Source: Dehalococcoidia bacterium (GTDB taxonomy: Bacteria > Chloroflexota > Dehalococcoidia > Lucifugimonadales > VXLM01). From it: a stretch of DNA of 64,000 nt. The notes under the pieces were generated by a model. It was not told where the DNA came from and did not search any database. It was given only the letters and a program-made list of their open reading frames with translations. Shown in pieces: positions 1 to 9,472 of this stretch (position 1 is its first letter; each line of letters begins with the position of its first letter). Location: the NCBI GenBank assembly GCA_965232435.1, contig CBDDPU010000004.1:2556423-2620422 (forward strand). The letters are read 5' to 3'. The position numbers and the translations under genes were made by a program.

Positions 1-270
1 AAAACGCGCGGCGACTTCGCGGGCCTGAGCAATCATCTGCTGGCCCTCTTCGCGAGCCTTCCGTATATCTTCCTGCATCTGCTCCTGGCTGGCGGCGGCC
101 TGCTCTTTTGCGTGCTCAGCCGCCTCAAGGCTCTCTTTAATCCGCGCCGACCGCTCGTCCATCACCTTGAGCAGCGGCTTATAGAGCAGCTTACTGAGGA
201 TAAACAGCAGGACGAGAAAGCCGACGATCTGCGCAATGAGCTGCGGCAGGTTTAATCCTAAGGCTTCCAT
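1..270 (-). CDS. atpF: F0F1 ATP synthase subunit b (3' end cut by window edge)
   Basis: Not in the ORF track because it runs off the window. Minus-strand ATG at 270-268. Translation MEALGLNLPQLIAQIVGFLVLLFILSKLLYKPLLKVMDERSARIKESLEAAEHAKEQAAAS... gives one N-terminal TM helix plus a charged coiled coil, directly downstream of atpE. Confidence 0.8.
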   Translation of the reverse strand, partial: MEALGLNLPQLIAQIVGFLVLLFILSKLLYKPLLKVMDERSARIKESLEAAEHAKEQAAASQEQMQEDIRKAREEGQQMIAQAREVAARF

Positions 271-344
271 GCTCTCTCCTTGGCGCGACGTCTAGGCTCA
301 CTGTACAAGCCAACCCGCCGCGTCAGTTCATCTCGTCGAATGAG

Positions 345-602
<258 letters not shown>

Positions 603-621
603 TCAGTTTGGTTGCCAAGTA

Positions 622-1686
622 TTAGTGATGCTCGCCATCGTGTGAAACGACTGCCATCGACGCGAACACCAGGGTCAAAACCGCGAAGACCACGGCCTGC
701 ATGAAGCCGACGAACAGCTCCAACCCCAAGAACGGTATGAGTCCGATCACCGGAAGAAGGAACGCCATGATGATGAGAAGCATCTCTCCGGCGAAGATGT
801 TCCCAAACAGCCTAAATGTGAAACTCACGATTCTCGCAAGCTCGCCGATGATTTCGAGAAGCCCAACGACCAGCATGATCGGCCCCTGTCGGAAATTGAT
901 GAACTTGCCGACATGTCCGAAAACGCCGAGCGTGCTTAGGCCCCACCAGTGAATAGCCACCATCGCTATGAGGGCGAGGGCCAAAGGCGTGTTGATATCG
1001 GTATTTGCGCTCCTGAGATACGGAATAAGCAGACCGGGCGTTTGGCTTTCCTTGTCAAAACCCTCGCCCTGCTCATACTCCTCGGCAGTGATATGGTTAT
1101 CGACCGAGCCGGGAGGCAGCATCACCAGGGCGCCCTTGCCCTCGAACACCTGCAGTTCGACATGCGAGAGATCAACGTGCTCTCCGGCTTTCTCTGCCTT
1201 CTCCTCGGCGTGGTGAACGACCTTCTTGGGGGACTCGACCCATCCGATTGTTCCAAAGCCGGGGAGAATACCGATCCAATTGTTGACGATGATGAAGAGA
1301 AAGATGGTCATCACAAGAGGAAAGAACCGCCGAGCGTGCTTCCCTGCGATGCTTTCTCCAATGTTCAGAAAGAACTCGAAGACCATCTCGACCGCGCCCT
1401 GAAGCCGACCCGGGACCGTCGATACCCTGCGAGAAACGACAACGGAAACTGCCACAAGCAAAATAATAGCCGCCCACGTGGCGACCATGGTGTTCGTTAT
1501 GGTGATGTCCCCAATGAAGACAGCGTCTACCTCGGCCAAGGGATTGGGAATTACCGGCTCAGCGGGAAGTTGAATATGCGCGATGGGAGCGCCGAGGAAT
1601 CCGAGACCGAATGCGTTTCCGACGGCGCCTCCGGCAATGGATATGACGAGCGCAATTACTACGATTAGGAGAATCGCTCTGGTCAC
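622..1686 (-). CDS. atpB: F0F1 ATP synthase subunit a, with a large loop insertion
   Basis: Contains the hallmark RLFGNIFAGE motif and multi-TM topology. The position between atpZ-like and atpE fits the canonical operon order. GTG start at 1686. Confidence 0.9.
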   Translation of the reverse strand: MTRAILLIVVIALVISIAGGAVGNAFGLGFLGAPIAHIQLPAEPVIPNPLAEVDAVFIGDITITNTMVATWAAIILLVAVSVVVSRRVSTVPGRLQGAVEMVFEFFLNIGESIAGKHARRFFPLVMTIFLFIIVNNWIGILPGFGTIGWVESPKKVVHHAEEKAEKAGEHVDLSHVELQVFEGKGALVMLPPGSVDNHITAEEYEQGEGFDKESQTPGLLIPYLRSANTDINTPLALALIAMVAIHWWGLSTLGVFGHVGKFINFRQGPIMLVVGLLEIIGELARIVSFTFRLFGNIFAGEMLLIIMAFLLPVIGLIPFLGLELFVGFMQAVVFAVLTLVFASMAVVSHDGEHH

Positions 1687-1707
1687 GCTCTGGTCAATCT
1701 CCTCCGT

Positions 1708-1911
1708 CTACTCACCGTTCGCCGAGAACAGCGCCGCGAGCATCCTGTATACACCCAGCCCGGCGATCACTAATCCCAGCATGAGGCCTATCAGCAAAAG
1801 AAGCGGACCGGTACCCAGCTTCTCATCCAGCCAGACACCGCCCCACACCCCACCTACGATGCAAATTGCGACGTACCAACCGACACCCAGTAACCTCGCC
1901 ACCAACCGCAT
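1708..1911 (-). CDS. AtpZ/AtpI-like small membrane protein of the ATP synthase operon
   Basis: 67 aa with two TM helices (GVGWYVAICIVGGVWGGVWLD...LLLLIGLMLGLVIAGLGVY), immediately upstream of atpB on the same strand. Confidence 0.6.
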   Translation of the reverse strand: MRLVARLLGVGWYVAICIVGGVWGGVWLDEKLGTGPLLLLIGLMLGLVIAGLGVYRMLAALFSANGE

Positions 1912-2008
1912 CGTTACAGCCTCAGAACAGTGCCCTGTAAAGACGCCCGAAGTCTAACATAGGGGAAAACGGAGTGTCAACGAAATTGGCGGGTTCCGGA
2001 AGCTCCCG

Positions 2009-2575
2009 TCATTGGGCATCTTCAGGATGTTCGGGCCGGTGTTCCTTCCACATTACTCGCGCCGCAAGCACACCCGCGATCAGGCCGGTCAAGTGTCCTT
2101 CCCAAGAAACTCCTTGCTGGAAGAACGGAAGCACGCCGAGTAGAATCCCGCCATACACGACCGCAACAACAATGGCGATGAACACGGCGAGGAGGCTCCG
2201 AGTATACCAGGCACGCGCGATGAGGTAACCGAAATATCCGAAAATTAGCCCGCTCGCTCCAACGTGGACCGCGTTCCGTCCAACTACCCACAACGCCCCG
2301 CCCCCGACCAACGTTATAGCCACCGTTGCCATCCAAAACTTCCTGCTGCCTTGAACGGCCACGAGTCCGCCCAGCACTGCCAACGGCGCCGTGTTAACTA
2401 CGAGATGATCGAAACTCCCATGCAGGAAGGGCATGAGTGGAATCCCAATCAGACCGTCCACGGTTCGCGGAACGATGCCGTATTCGCTGAATCGATAGTC
2501 AAACAGGGCGTTGAGCCCTCCCACTCCCCACACGAGGGCAACGAGCATAGCAACGGATGCAATTGCGGCTTTCAC
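2009..2575 (-). CDS. Rhomboid-family intramembrane serine protease
   Basis: 188-aa polytopic protein with a GASGLIFGYFGY (GxSG) motif and a downstream histidine-bearing helix (WEGHLTGLIAG). Confidence 0.75.
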   Translation of the reverse strand: MKAAIASVAMLVALVWGVGGLNALFDYRFSEYGIVPRTVDGLIGIPLMPFLHGSFDHLVVNTAPLAVLGGLVAVQGSRKFWMATVAITLVGGGALWVVGRNAVHVGASGLIFGYFGYLIARAWYTRSLLAVFIAIVVAVVYGGILLGVLPFFQQGVSWEGHLTGLIAGVLAARVMWKEHRPEHPEDAQ

Positions 2576-2707
2576 GGAGAGAATTCCTAAATAAACGCGG
2601 ATGAGAGCGGAGTTTGGCGCCGTGGGTTATCCCGATTCTGCCCTACCCACTTAATAGTGAGAACGGGGGCTGTTCATTATTGGGTAGCGCTCAAGCGAGT
2701 CAATATT

Positions 2708-3823
2708 CTAGCGGAACCAGTCGTAGCTGAGGCCAAGTGACCTGTCTCGCAACGGAAGATCGACTCGTGATCCGCCGTTGGCCGCTGATACCTTCAGGGC
2801 AATTTCAACCTCAAGCGCGATTGCCGCGCGTCGGACCGAGTTCTTTGGTTCGTCGAGTCTGCTTTCTAAACAGTCTATCAGGTCGGCCAGCCCGCACACC
2901 GCGTTGTACCCACCTTCGAATTGCGGCGCAGGCCACGGTATCTCCACACGCCGCTTACCGTTCCCGATGCCCACGTCCTGCCACAGTCTCCACCGGGAGT
3001 TTGGATTGCTGTCCAACGATATCTCCCCGGATGCGCCGGACACACGAACGAGCCCCGCGCCCTTCCTGAAGTGTATAACGGTTCCACCGCGTGTAAGAGC
3101 CAGTCCCTGCCCGACAAACTCGTCGCTGCCGCTGTCGCCCCGCTCTCCGTCGTCCACTCCCACGACCCACAAAGGCATTTCGTCCACGAAATACATCCAG
3201 TGCTGCTTCTGGGCGGCGGGGGCTTCCGCTTCGATGGAAACAACGCCACCGATGGCGCCGCTCCCAACGATCTCCTTCGCTCGCGAATATGAAGGGTGGT
3301 TTGCAGGCGTCGCCCCTGCGACGAGGGGCACGCCGACAACGGCAGAGCTGACGACCATGCGGTCGGCCTCTTCAAGGGTGTGAGCGATCGGCTTCTCAAT
3401 CGCTACGGCCTTGGCGCCGCACTCCACGGCGAGACAGGCCAGATCGGCGCGTCCCTTGACATTGGTGGCGATGGCGACGATGTCGAGCGACTCGCTGCGA
3501 AACAACTCAGAGGCGTCGGTGTAGAGAGAGTCCACGCCGTACCGGTCACCGAAAGCTTTGAGTCGCTGCACGTCGCGTTCCGCGCCGGCTACTAGCTCCA
3601 CGTCCGGACGGTCATGGAAAACCTCGGCCCAAGTGTGAGGAATGTTCCCGCCCCCGACGTTTCCGTGATAGTGAAACTCGCGGTGGACGTCAAGATCAGG
3701 TGTCGGACGCTCAACGTCGTCGACCGAGTACATCCCCCGTTCATAGACTGTGGCGATATCGGCGAGCATCCCCATCCAGCCGAGGCCGATGACTCCGGCG
3801 CGGTATTTTTTCAAATGGCGCAA
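2708..3823 (-). CDS. Gfo/Idh/MocA-family NAD(P)-dependent oxidoreductase
   Basis: N-terminal Rossmann motif RAGVIGLGWMG and an EKP motif (VAIEKPIAH) typical of the family. Uses a TTG start; exact start uncertain. Confidence 0.85.
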   Translation of the reverse strand: MRHLKKYRAGVIGLGWMGMLADIATVYERGMYSVDDVERPTPDLDVHREFHYHGNVGGGNIPHTWAEVFHDRPDVELVAGAERDVQRLKAFGDRYGVDSLYTDASELFRSESLDIVAIATNVKGRADLACLAVECGAKAVAIEKPIAHTLEEADRMVVSSAVVGVPLVAGATPANHPSYSRAKEIVGSGAIGGVVSIEAEAPAAQKQHWMYFVDEMPLWVVGVDDGERGDSGSDEFVGQGLALTRGGTVIHFRKGAGLVRVSGASGEISLDSNPNSRWRLWQDVGIGNGKRRVEIPWPAPQFEGGYNAVCGLADLIDCLESRLDEPKNSVRRAAIALEVEIALKVSAANGGSRVDLPLRDRSLGLSYDWFR

Positions 3824-3882
3824 TATCTCCTCGAAGTAAGAGGTCTCAAATCCCGCAGGGACATGGAAAGATTGGCGATGGC

Positions 3883-4845
3883 CTATACTGCTGAGGGGCC
3901 GAATTCCGCGGCGAAAGAATCGTACAGTCCCGCTATTCCGGCTTCCTCCGCATCACCGTCGTGGGCAACTACCCGAATTGCAAGATCGAGCATCTCGCCC
4001 CGCTTTATGAACCTAGAGGTCATGCGATGTGGATTTATTCTGACCGAGCCGTAGTCCACAAGGTACCAAGGAACATTTCCGACGGAAGGGAATTGGAACA
4101 ACGCCACGCCCGCCATCCGACCCTGCTCGTCCCTTCCCGAATAGTCCACCCAATCGGCCAACTGCCACCGAATTTCTTTTTCGCCCACCCTCTGCCCCGA
4201 CGCGGTAAGCTTCCCGCCCACCTTGTCGCCATTCCTATCCACCACACGGAGGTGATCTGCCACGCGAACCGTGAAGTACCCGTGCCGGCAAGGCCCTATG
4301 CGGAGGTCCCAATCCGTCGGACGAACTTGACTACGCACGTCAATGATGTTGGCCACGTCGCCGGGCCGCACGTCGACGACGCGTATCTCCTCGGCAAGGA
4401 CGCGGCGATAGGCCTGAACGCCCCATTCCTCCGGCCCCTGCCACTGGAGCCTCTGCGTGATCTCCAGATGCTGTTTCGACCGCTCGGTGCGCTCGTCGAC
4501 GACACTGCTGATGATGCGTCCGGCGTCGCGCCCCTGAAACGGCCAGTCCCAGTACATGTTGAGCGGCGGCTGCTCGACGGGGCCTTCGGGGCTTTGGAGG
4601 TAAGTGTAAAATCGGTCGGTCCCGATCGTGACCGACTGGTGCCAAGGATGATCGCTTGCTGAACGTTCCGTGGTGACCTGCACGCCCGCGGGACTGACCA
4701 CCGGGAAAACATATGAACGATAGGCCGACTGGGACAGACCGGCCACGAGACGGCCCTGCCACCAGACCTCTAGCAACCGTGTGGCCTCGTCTTCCCAGGT
4801 ATCCGGAATCGAGTACGGGCCTTCCTCCACCGCGAAATGCCTCAT
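3883..4845 (-). CDS. PmoA-like / DUF6807-family protein
   Basis: ORF trimmed to the ATG at 4845, preceded by AGAGGAAGAG. YVFPVVSPAG...SDHPWHQSV resembles the DUF6807 core. It is co-oriented with a Gfo/Idh/MocA gene, a frequent pairing. Assigned from memory only. Confidence 0.5.
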   Translation of the reverse strand: MRHFAVEEGPYSIPDTWEDEATRLLEVWWQGRLVAGLSQSAYRSYVFPVVSPAGVQVTTERSASDHPWHQSVTIGTDRFYTYLQSPEGPVEQPPLNMYWDWPFQGRDAGRIISSVVDERTERSKQHLEITQRLQWQGPEEWGVQAYRRVLAEEIRVVDVRPGDVANIIDVRSQVRPTDWDLRIGPCRHGYFTVRVADHLRVVDRNGDKVGGKLTASGQRVGEKEIRWQLADWVDYSGRDEQGRMAGVALFQFPSVGNVPWYLVDYGSVRINPHRMTSRFIKRGEMLDLAIRVVAHDGDAEEAGIAGLYDSFAAEFGPSAV

Positions 4846-4941
4846 ATTCACTCTTCCTCTAGATTGCTGGTTAACACGCCAACACGGGAACCTCCTTGCG
4901 GAGGTCCCGCGTTGAACGATGGTGCCCAATACCCCCTTGCC

Positions 4942-7776
4942 TTACGGCCGAATGGTCTCGCCGGAGGCAAAGACTGCCTTGCTCGTGTAGCGTAGCGAGC
5001 GGTTGCCCGGGTTGCTGAGGTTGTCCATACCATCCTCGAAGGCGTTGACCATATTGTAAAGGCCGTGCTCGTACCTGATCTGCTTCTCGGGGACGTTCCT
5101 AAAGTTGTTGCGCTTAACGATGAGTCCACGGCTAAAGCCGGTGAAGGCGACCGTTCCAAGCTGATACTTCTCCAACGCGACCACTCGACTCATCTCCTTG
5201 CCGAGTTCGATTTTCATCGGGTCAAGATCAGGGAGCTGCGCCCCTTCAGTCCAACTGTCAAGCAGAAACTTGATATTGCCGGTAGCGTCGGCGGGCCAAG
5301 TGTCTTCCGGCGCCAACGGCAGCCAGTCGGACTGAGGCCCCGTTGGAGCCATGCCTTCCTCGCCCTTACTGTCTAAGTACTGTCCGATCAACGGCCCCTG
5401 TGGTTCGATCCCACGATAGGGCGCAACCGGATTGCCGCGGGCCCACAGGTTGGAACTGCCGTTTACGTTCCTGATCCAAAGATACTGCTGGTTCTGCTGA
5501 ATCAGCCTCCCGTGACCACTGTCCTCCTTCCAGTCGAACTTGATGCCGATCCTGGCGAAATCAGCCTCTAGAAGCTCGGCGACGCCGACTCTGGAGGCGT
5601 CCACTCCGGTATAGATTTCAAGGTTCCCATTACCGTCGAGCTTGTTCCTAAACCCATCGCCGTCAGTGTCCACTATTCCCAGCCCATCAAGGATCTGGTT
5701 GGCCCTGGCGATGTCCTGCGGCATGGCATCCACTGTCTCGTAGCGCTTGCCAGGGTAGTGTGGCGAGGTCTCGTGGACAACATAGTTCTGCGGATGTGCG
5801 ACACCCGAGAAAATGATGTCGTTGATGGCATGACGGTTTATGGCCAAGGAAAGCGCTATGCGGAAGTCCTGCGTCCTTATCCACCTTCCGATTTCCTTGT
5901 CCTCGTTCCATGTCTGGTTGAAGAAGAGGCTATGGTCGCCGCCGGACAGGTCGGGCCAATGATAGATGCTGTAGTCTCCTCTCTCCATGTTCGTGATGTA
6001 CAGAGGAATCCCGCTCATGTTGCGTGAAAGAGTATCGGCATCGAGGTCGGACTCTCCCTGCATGGCGCGCAATATAGCGACGTCCACGCTCTCCATCTTC
6101 AACGTGACGATGGCGTCCACGTAGGGAAGCTGGTTTCCATCAGGGTCAACGCCGAAGTAGTAGTGGTTGCGTGACATTCGCGACCGGTCACTGAGGAAAT
6201 TGTCCATCTTCCACGCCCCGGCCGAGGGCTGACCGTTCTCAATGCAATCGTCACCGCAGTTCGTCCATGACACTTTTTGCCTGAACAGATCCGTCCAATC
6301 TTCATGCTCCCCATCCGCTATCATCTTCGCAAGCGCAGCTGGGTCGGCATACTTCTCGTGGAACTGCTTGGCGTACTCGTCGGAGGTGTAGAAGCAAGAA
6401 CCCCCGCCACAGGACACGGGCCCGCGGAAGCTCGTCGTTCCCGCGAAGAATACGTAGTTTGGCGAGTCGAATGTGAGGCTGAATGTGTAGTCATCGATAA
6501 CTGTTACTTTGGGAAGGGCCAAAGTAATCGGATCCGTGATCCGACGATTGACCTGCTCCGGCTCCGGCCCTACTCCGATACCCGAGCGTCCCACCACCTG
6601 GGCAGCCGCGTCGTCATAGCCGATGATGTCCTCCCACGTAAAGCGGAAATCCTCGGCCGTAAGATCGGAGCCGCCCGACCATTTCCCGCCTCTGCGAAGG
6701 AAGAACGTGTACACTCTCCCGTCCTCGGAATGATCCATTCCCTTAGCCACGCGCTCGACATACGTCGCGCCGTCCGCGTTCAACTGCAGCGGATGCCCGT
6801 TGGCGTATTGCTGCAAGTATCGCTGGCTGTGCCTGGTTGCCCGCCACGTCCCGCCATAGGTTCCAATCTCATTCGGCGGCGGCACTACGTGAACATCCTC
6901 AGGAACAGGCAAACGCTCCATCAACGGTGGCAGCTCACCCTGCTTGACAAGCTCCGCGGACATCGGAGACTCCTGGAATGTCGTTGGCTTGGGGCCGGTC
7001 CATCGGTAGTCGAAATACCCACCGACACCAAGCGGCTTGCCGAACGGCTGCACAGGATCAGGCACGGCCATCGCAGCATCGGCGGCAGCCTTCTCCGCAG
7101 CCTGTTGGGCCGCCTTGGCAGCCATCGCGGCTTCCTCAACGGCGCTCTGAGTCTCCATCAGCGCCAAATCTACCGACTCTTGAGTGGCCGCCAGCGAGGC
7201 GTCCACGATCTGCTGCACCTGCGCAGCAGTGAGCTGGTCGGCGGCCGCTTCCTGAATGGACTTAGTGACGAGGTCTTGCAAATCGCCGCGCGTAACCGCT
7301 CCGGACTGAACTGCCCCCACCGCCGCTTGAACCATTCGGCTAATGTCAGCAGCGCTTACGCCCTCAGGTACGGACGCGGCGACGGACTGCTGCACAAGAG
7401 AACGCAACTGCTCCACATCGATCTCGGCTGGTTCGGGAGCCGGAAGTGCGCGAATCGACTGGTCGACGATCCTCTCCACGTCAGCAGCCGAGAGTTGACC
7501 GGCCGATGCCGCATTAACCGCCGCCTCGACCTCCGCCCTCGTGACACCTGCCCGCTGATTGGAAATCGCTGCCGCTACGGAATCCGATACCAGCCTCTCT
7601 ATTTCGGCAGCGCTCGCACCTTGCGGAACACTGCTAACGGCCTCTTGTATTATCTTCGCCACGTCAGGCGTAGGCGCCGCCTCTTCATCACTGCTGCCGC
7701 ATGCGATCGAAATGATCAGACCCGCCGTCGCGACAACCACCGCAATAGCGCCAAACTTCAACAGACTGTATTTCAT
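4942..7776 (-). CDS. Lipoprotein, ABC-transporter family-5 substrate-binding protein with a long N-terminal repeat extension
   Basis: ATG at 7776 is preceded by GGAGGG. Lipobox signal MKYSLLKFGAIAVVVATAGLIISIAC. The C-terminal 650 aa or so resemble family-5 SBPs (YTFFLRRGGKWSGGSDLTAEDFRFTWEDI). No permease or ATPase genes lie adjacent. Confidence 0.8.
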   Translation of the reverse strand: MKYSLLKFGAIAVVVATAGLIISIACGSSDEEAAPTPDVAKIIQEAVSSVPQGASAAEIERLVSDSVAAAISNQRAGVTRAEVEAAVNAASAGQLSAADVERIVDQSIRALPAPEPAEIDVEQLRSLVQQSVAASVPEGVSAADISRMVQAAVGAVQSGAVTRGDLQDLVTKSIQEAAADQLTAAQVQQIVDASLAATQESVDLALMETQSAVEEAAMAAKAAQQAAEKAAADAAMAVPDPVQPFGKPLGVGGYFDYRWTGPKPTTFQESPMSAELVKQGELPPLMERLPVPEDVHVVPPPNEIGTYGGTWRATRHSQRYLQQYANGHPLQLNADGATYVERVAKGMDHSEDGRVYTFFLRRGGKWSGGSDLTAEDFRFTWEDIIGYDDAAAQVVGRSGIGVGPEPEQVNRRITDPITLALPKVTVIDDYTFSLTFDSPNYVFFAGTTSFRGPVSCGGGSCFYTSDEYAKQFHEKYADPAALAKMIADGEHEDWTDLFRQKVSWTNCGDDCIENGQPSAGAWKMDNFLSDRSRMSRNHYYFGVDPDGNQLPYVDAIVTLKMESVDVAILRAMQGESDLDADTLSRNMSGIPLYITNMERGDYSIYHWPDLSGGDHSLFFNQTWNEDKEIGRWIRTQDFRIALSLAINRHAINDIIFSGVAHPQNYVVHETSPHYPGKRYETVDAMPQDIARANQILDGLGIVDTDGDGFRNKLDGNGNLEIYTGVDASRVGVAELLEADFARIGIKFDWKEDSGHGRLIQQNQQYLWIRNVNGSSNLWARGNPVAPYRGIEPQGPLIGQYLDSKGEEGMAPTGPQSDWLPLAPEDTWPADATGNIKFLLDSWTEGAQLPDLDPMKIELGKEMSRVVALEKYQLGTVAFTGFSRGLIVKRNNFRNVPEKQIRYEHGLYNMVNAFEDGMDNLSNPGNRSLRYTSKAVFASGETIRP

Positions 7777-8316
7777 GAATTTTCCCTCCTGCATTATTCA
7801 GCCTCTCAAGGCCTACTAAAGCACTTCGTTCAGCACTCCGATTGTTCGCATGGAGACACCAGGGATCGCCTTCAATCGTCCGTTGTGATATGTGAAAACT
7901 TACCTACGCCTTCTCGTTCCTTTCGAGTCTTCAGTGTTTGTTCAAACCGGGTTTTCAGAGGAGTAATAGCAACAGACCAACTTCGGGGGCCTTATCTACG
8001 AAAGTCGTAAGTTTATTGTACTAATCTAGTCCTTCATTCAAACTTTTGCCGCGAAATTTCAGATTTTGAAAATCACGAGTTGCAAGGGATTTATCACAAC
8101 GGCTTCATGAAGTCAAGCAAGACTCGCTCTATTGCGACGTTTGGACAAGTAGTGGCAGGCTGAAGGTTGAATCCCCAAGAACCGGACATCGATCAGGCAG
8201 TACTCCGGTGGACACCGTGAACCGAGAAGGCAAAACATCCCGCACGAAATCCGTACGCGTTGAACTCCGCAACTGCTCAGGTCGAAAAGGCTCTTTGGCT
8301 GCCGTATCCCTTGACG

Positions 8317-9153
8317 CTAGTACGGCAGCTGAGTATCCGGATTCTCTCGCAAGTAATGCGCCTGGCGAACTCCGAAATTCTCTTGAAGCTGGATTGACAG
8401 GCCCCCATCCACAACCAAAGGGTGGCCCGTAATGAACGAAGCCTCGTCCGAGCACAGGAACACAACGGCGTTGGCGATGTCCTCGGCCCGGCCCACGTCT
8501 CTCAATGGATACTGGTTCTTGAAAAACTCCAACCCGGAGGAATTGTCCTTCCAAACGTGCTCTCGAAGACGCTCGGTAAGCATGTGACCGGGGAGCACGG
8601 CATTGACGCGAATGCCGTCCGGGCCGTACTCGGTAGCCATCTGTCGAGTCGCCCCGATTACGGCGTGCTTCGCCGTCTCATATACCAAGTGGCCGGGCGC
8701 GCCGAACATGCCGTGAACCGATGAAACGTTCACGATGCTTCCACCTCCAACCTTCCGCATCTCGGGAACGGCATACTTCACACCCAGGAAAACGGCTTTG
8801 AGCAAGACTCCCATCTTCGTGTCCCAGTCTTCCTCCGAGACCTCCTCCGCACCGCCGCTGCCGGATGTCAGAACGTCAAAGGCGTTGCTAAAGAGGATAT
8901 CCAAACGCCCCCATTTCTCCACCGCCCGCTCGACCATCATCCGTATGTCCGAGTGCTCACTTACGTCGACCCGAACCGCATCTGCTACGTTTCCGGCAGC
9001 CCGTATATTTTCCGCGTTCCGGTGGGCCGTGCCTATGTCTATGTCCGCAATGAGCACTCTAGCGCCTTCCTCCGCCAGCCGCCGAGCGGTGGCCCCTCCG
9101 ATACCCTGAGCGCCTCCCGTAACGATAGCTGCCCTGCCCTCAAGCCTGCTCAT
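8317..9153 (-). CDS. SDR-family oxidoreductase
   Basis: AAIVTGGAQGIGGA cofactor motif, a YxxxK catalytic motif (YETAKHAV), and RBS GGAGGAG before the ATG. Confidence 0.9.
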   Translation of the reverse strand: MSRLEGRAAIVTGGAQGIGGATARRLAEEGARVLIADIDIGTAHRNAENIRAAGNVADAVRVDVSEHSDIRMMVERAVEKWGRLDILFSNAFDVLTSGSGGAEEVSEEDWDTKMGVLLKAVFLGVKYAVPEMRKVGGGSIVNVSSVHGMFGAPGHLVYETAKHAVIGATRQMATEYGPDGIRVNAVLPGHMLTERLREHVWKDNSSGLEFFKNQYPLRDVGRAEDIANAVVFLCSDEASFITGHPLVVDGGLSIQLQENFGVRQAHYLRENPDTQLPY

Positions 9154-9258
9154 GAGCTCCTCCGCTTATGTTCAATTTCGGTAACCCATTCAGAATCCGT
9201 GAGAAGCCCTCTCACTTGAGCAACGCAGCCTCATACCCGCCCTTGGAGACCTTTACAA

Positions 9259-9340
9259 TCCCGTCGTTCCCGTGAAAGAACGACACCCCGTATTCCAAGG
9301 CAGGGCGGAAATCCACAGAGCAAAGGGTATTCATCTCACC
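9259..9340 (-). other. Conserved 5'-leader-like element, copy A (core 9311-9339)
   Basis: The 29-nt core atccacagagcaaagggtattcatctcac matches 43519-43547 at 27/29 positions. It is followed on the minus strand by hairpin GTCGTTC-TTTCACGG-GAACGAC (9263-9284). Lies 106-187 nt upstream of the SDR start at 9153. Confidence 0.5.
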
Positions 9341-9414
9341 AAGGCTGAACAGTTACTCATTTCCGAGCATTGTATCCGTTAGCGGACGCTCTTGACAGAG
9401 CGAACAGCCCACAT

Positions 9415-9443
9415 TTGACCCGCCATTACGGGAAGGTATATAT
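9415..9443 (+). promoter_or_regulatory. Sigma70-like promoter candidate for the SDR gene at 9473
   Basis: TTGACC (9415-9420), 17-nt spacer, ATATAT (9438-9443). RBS AGGAGA at 9461-9466. Confidence 0.3.
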
Positions 9444-9472
9444 TTCGCCTCAGTCCAACGAGGAGAACAGTG

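Noticed and set aside
2618-2690. Hairpin CTACCCA-N31-TGGGTAG downstream of the Gfo/Idh/MocA gene as a terminator
   Set aside because: The loop is too large (31 nt) and no U-tract follows on the minus strand, so it is not convincing as an intrinsic terminator.
6277-8010. 577-aa plus-strand ORF, the longest unassigned ORF in the track
   Set aside because: It is entirely antisense to the SBP gene. It is Arg/Leu/Ser/Gly-rich with no motif, which is typical of a GC-rich antisense frame. The same reasoning rejects 949-1668 (antisense to atpB), 35321-35980, 56165-57097 (antisense to the enolase-family gene) and 58404-59021.
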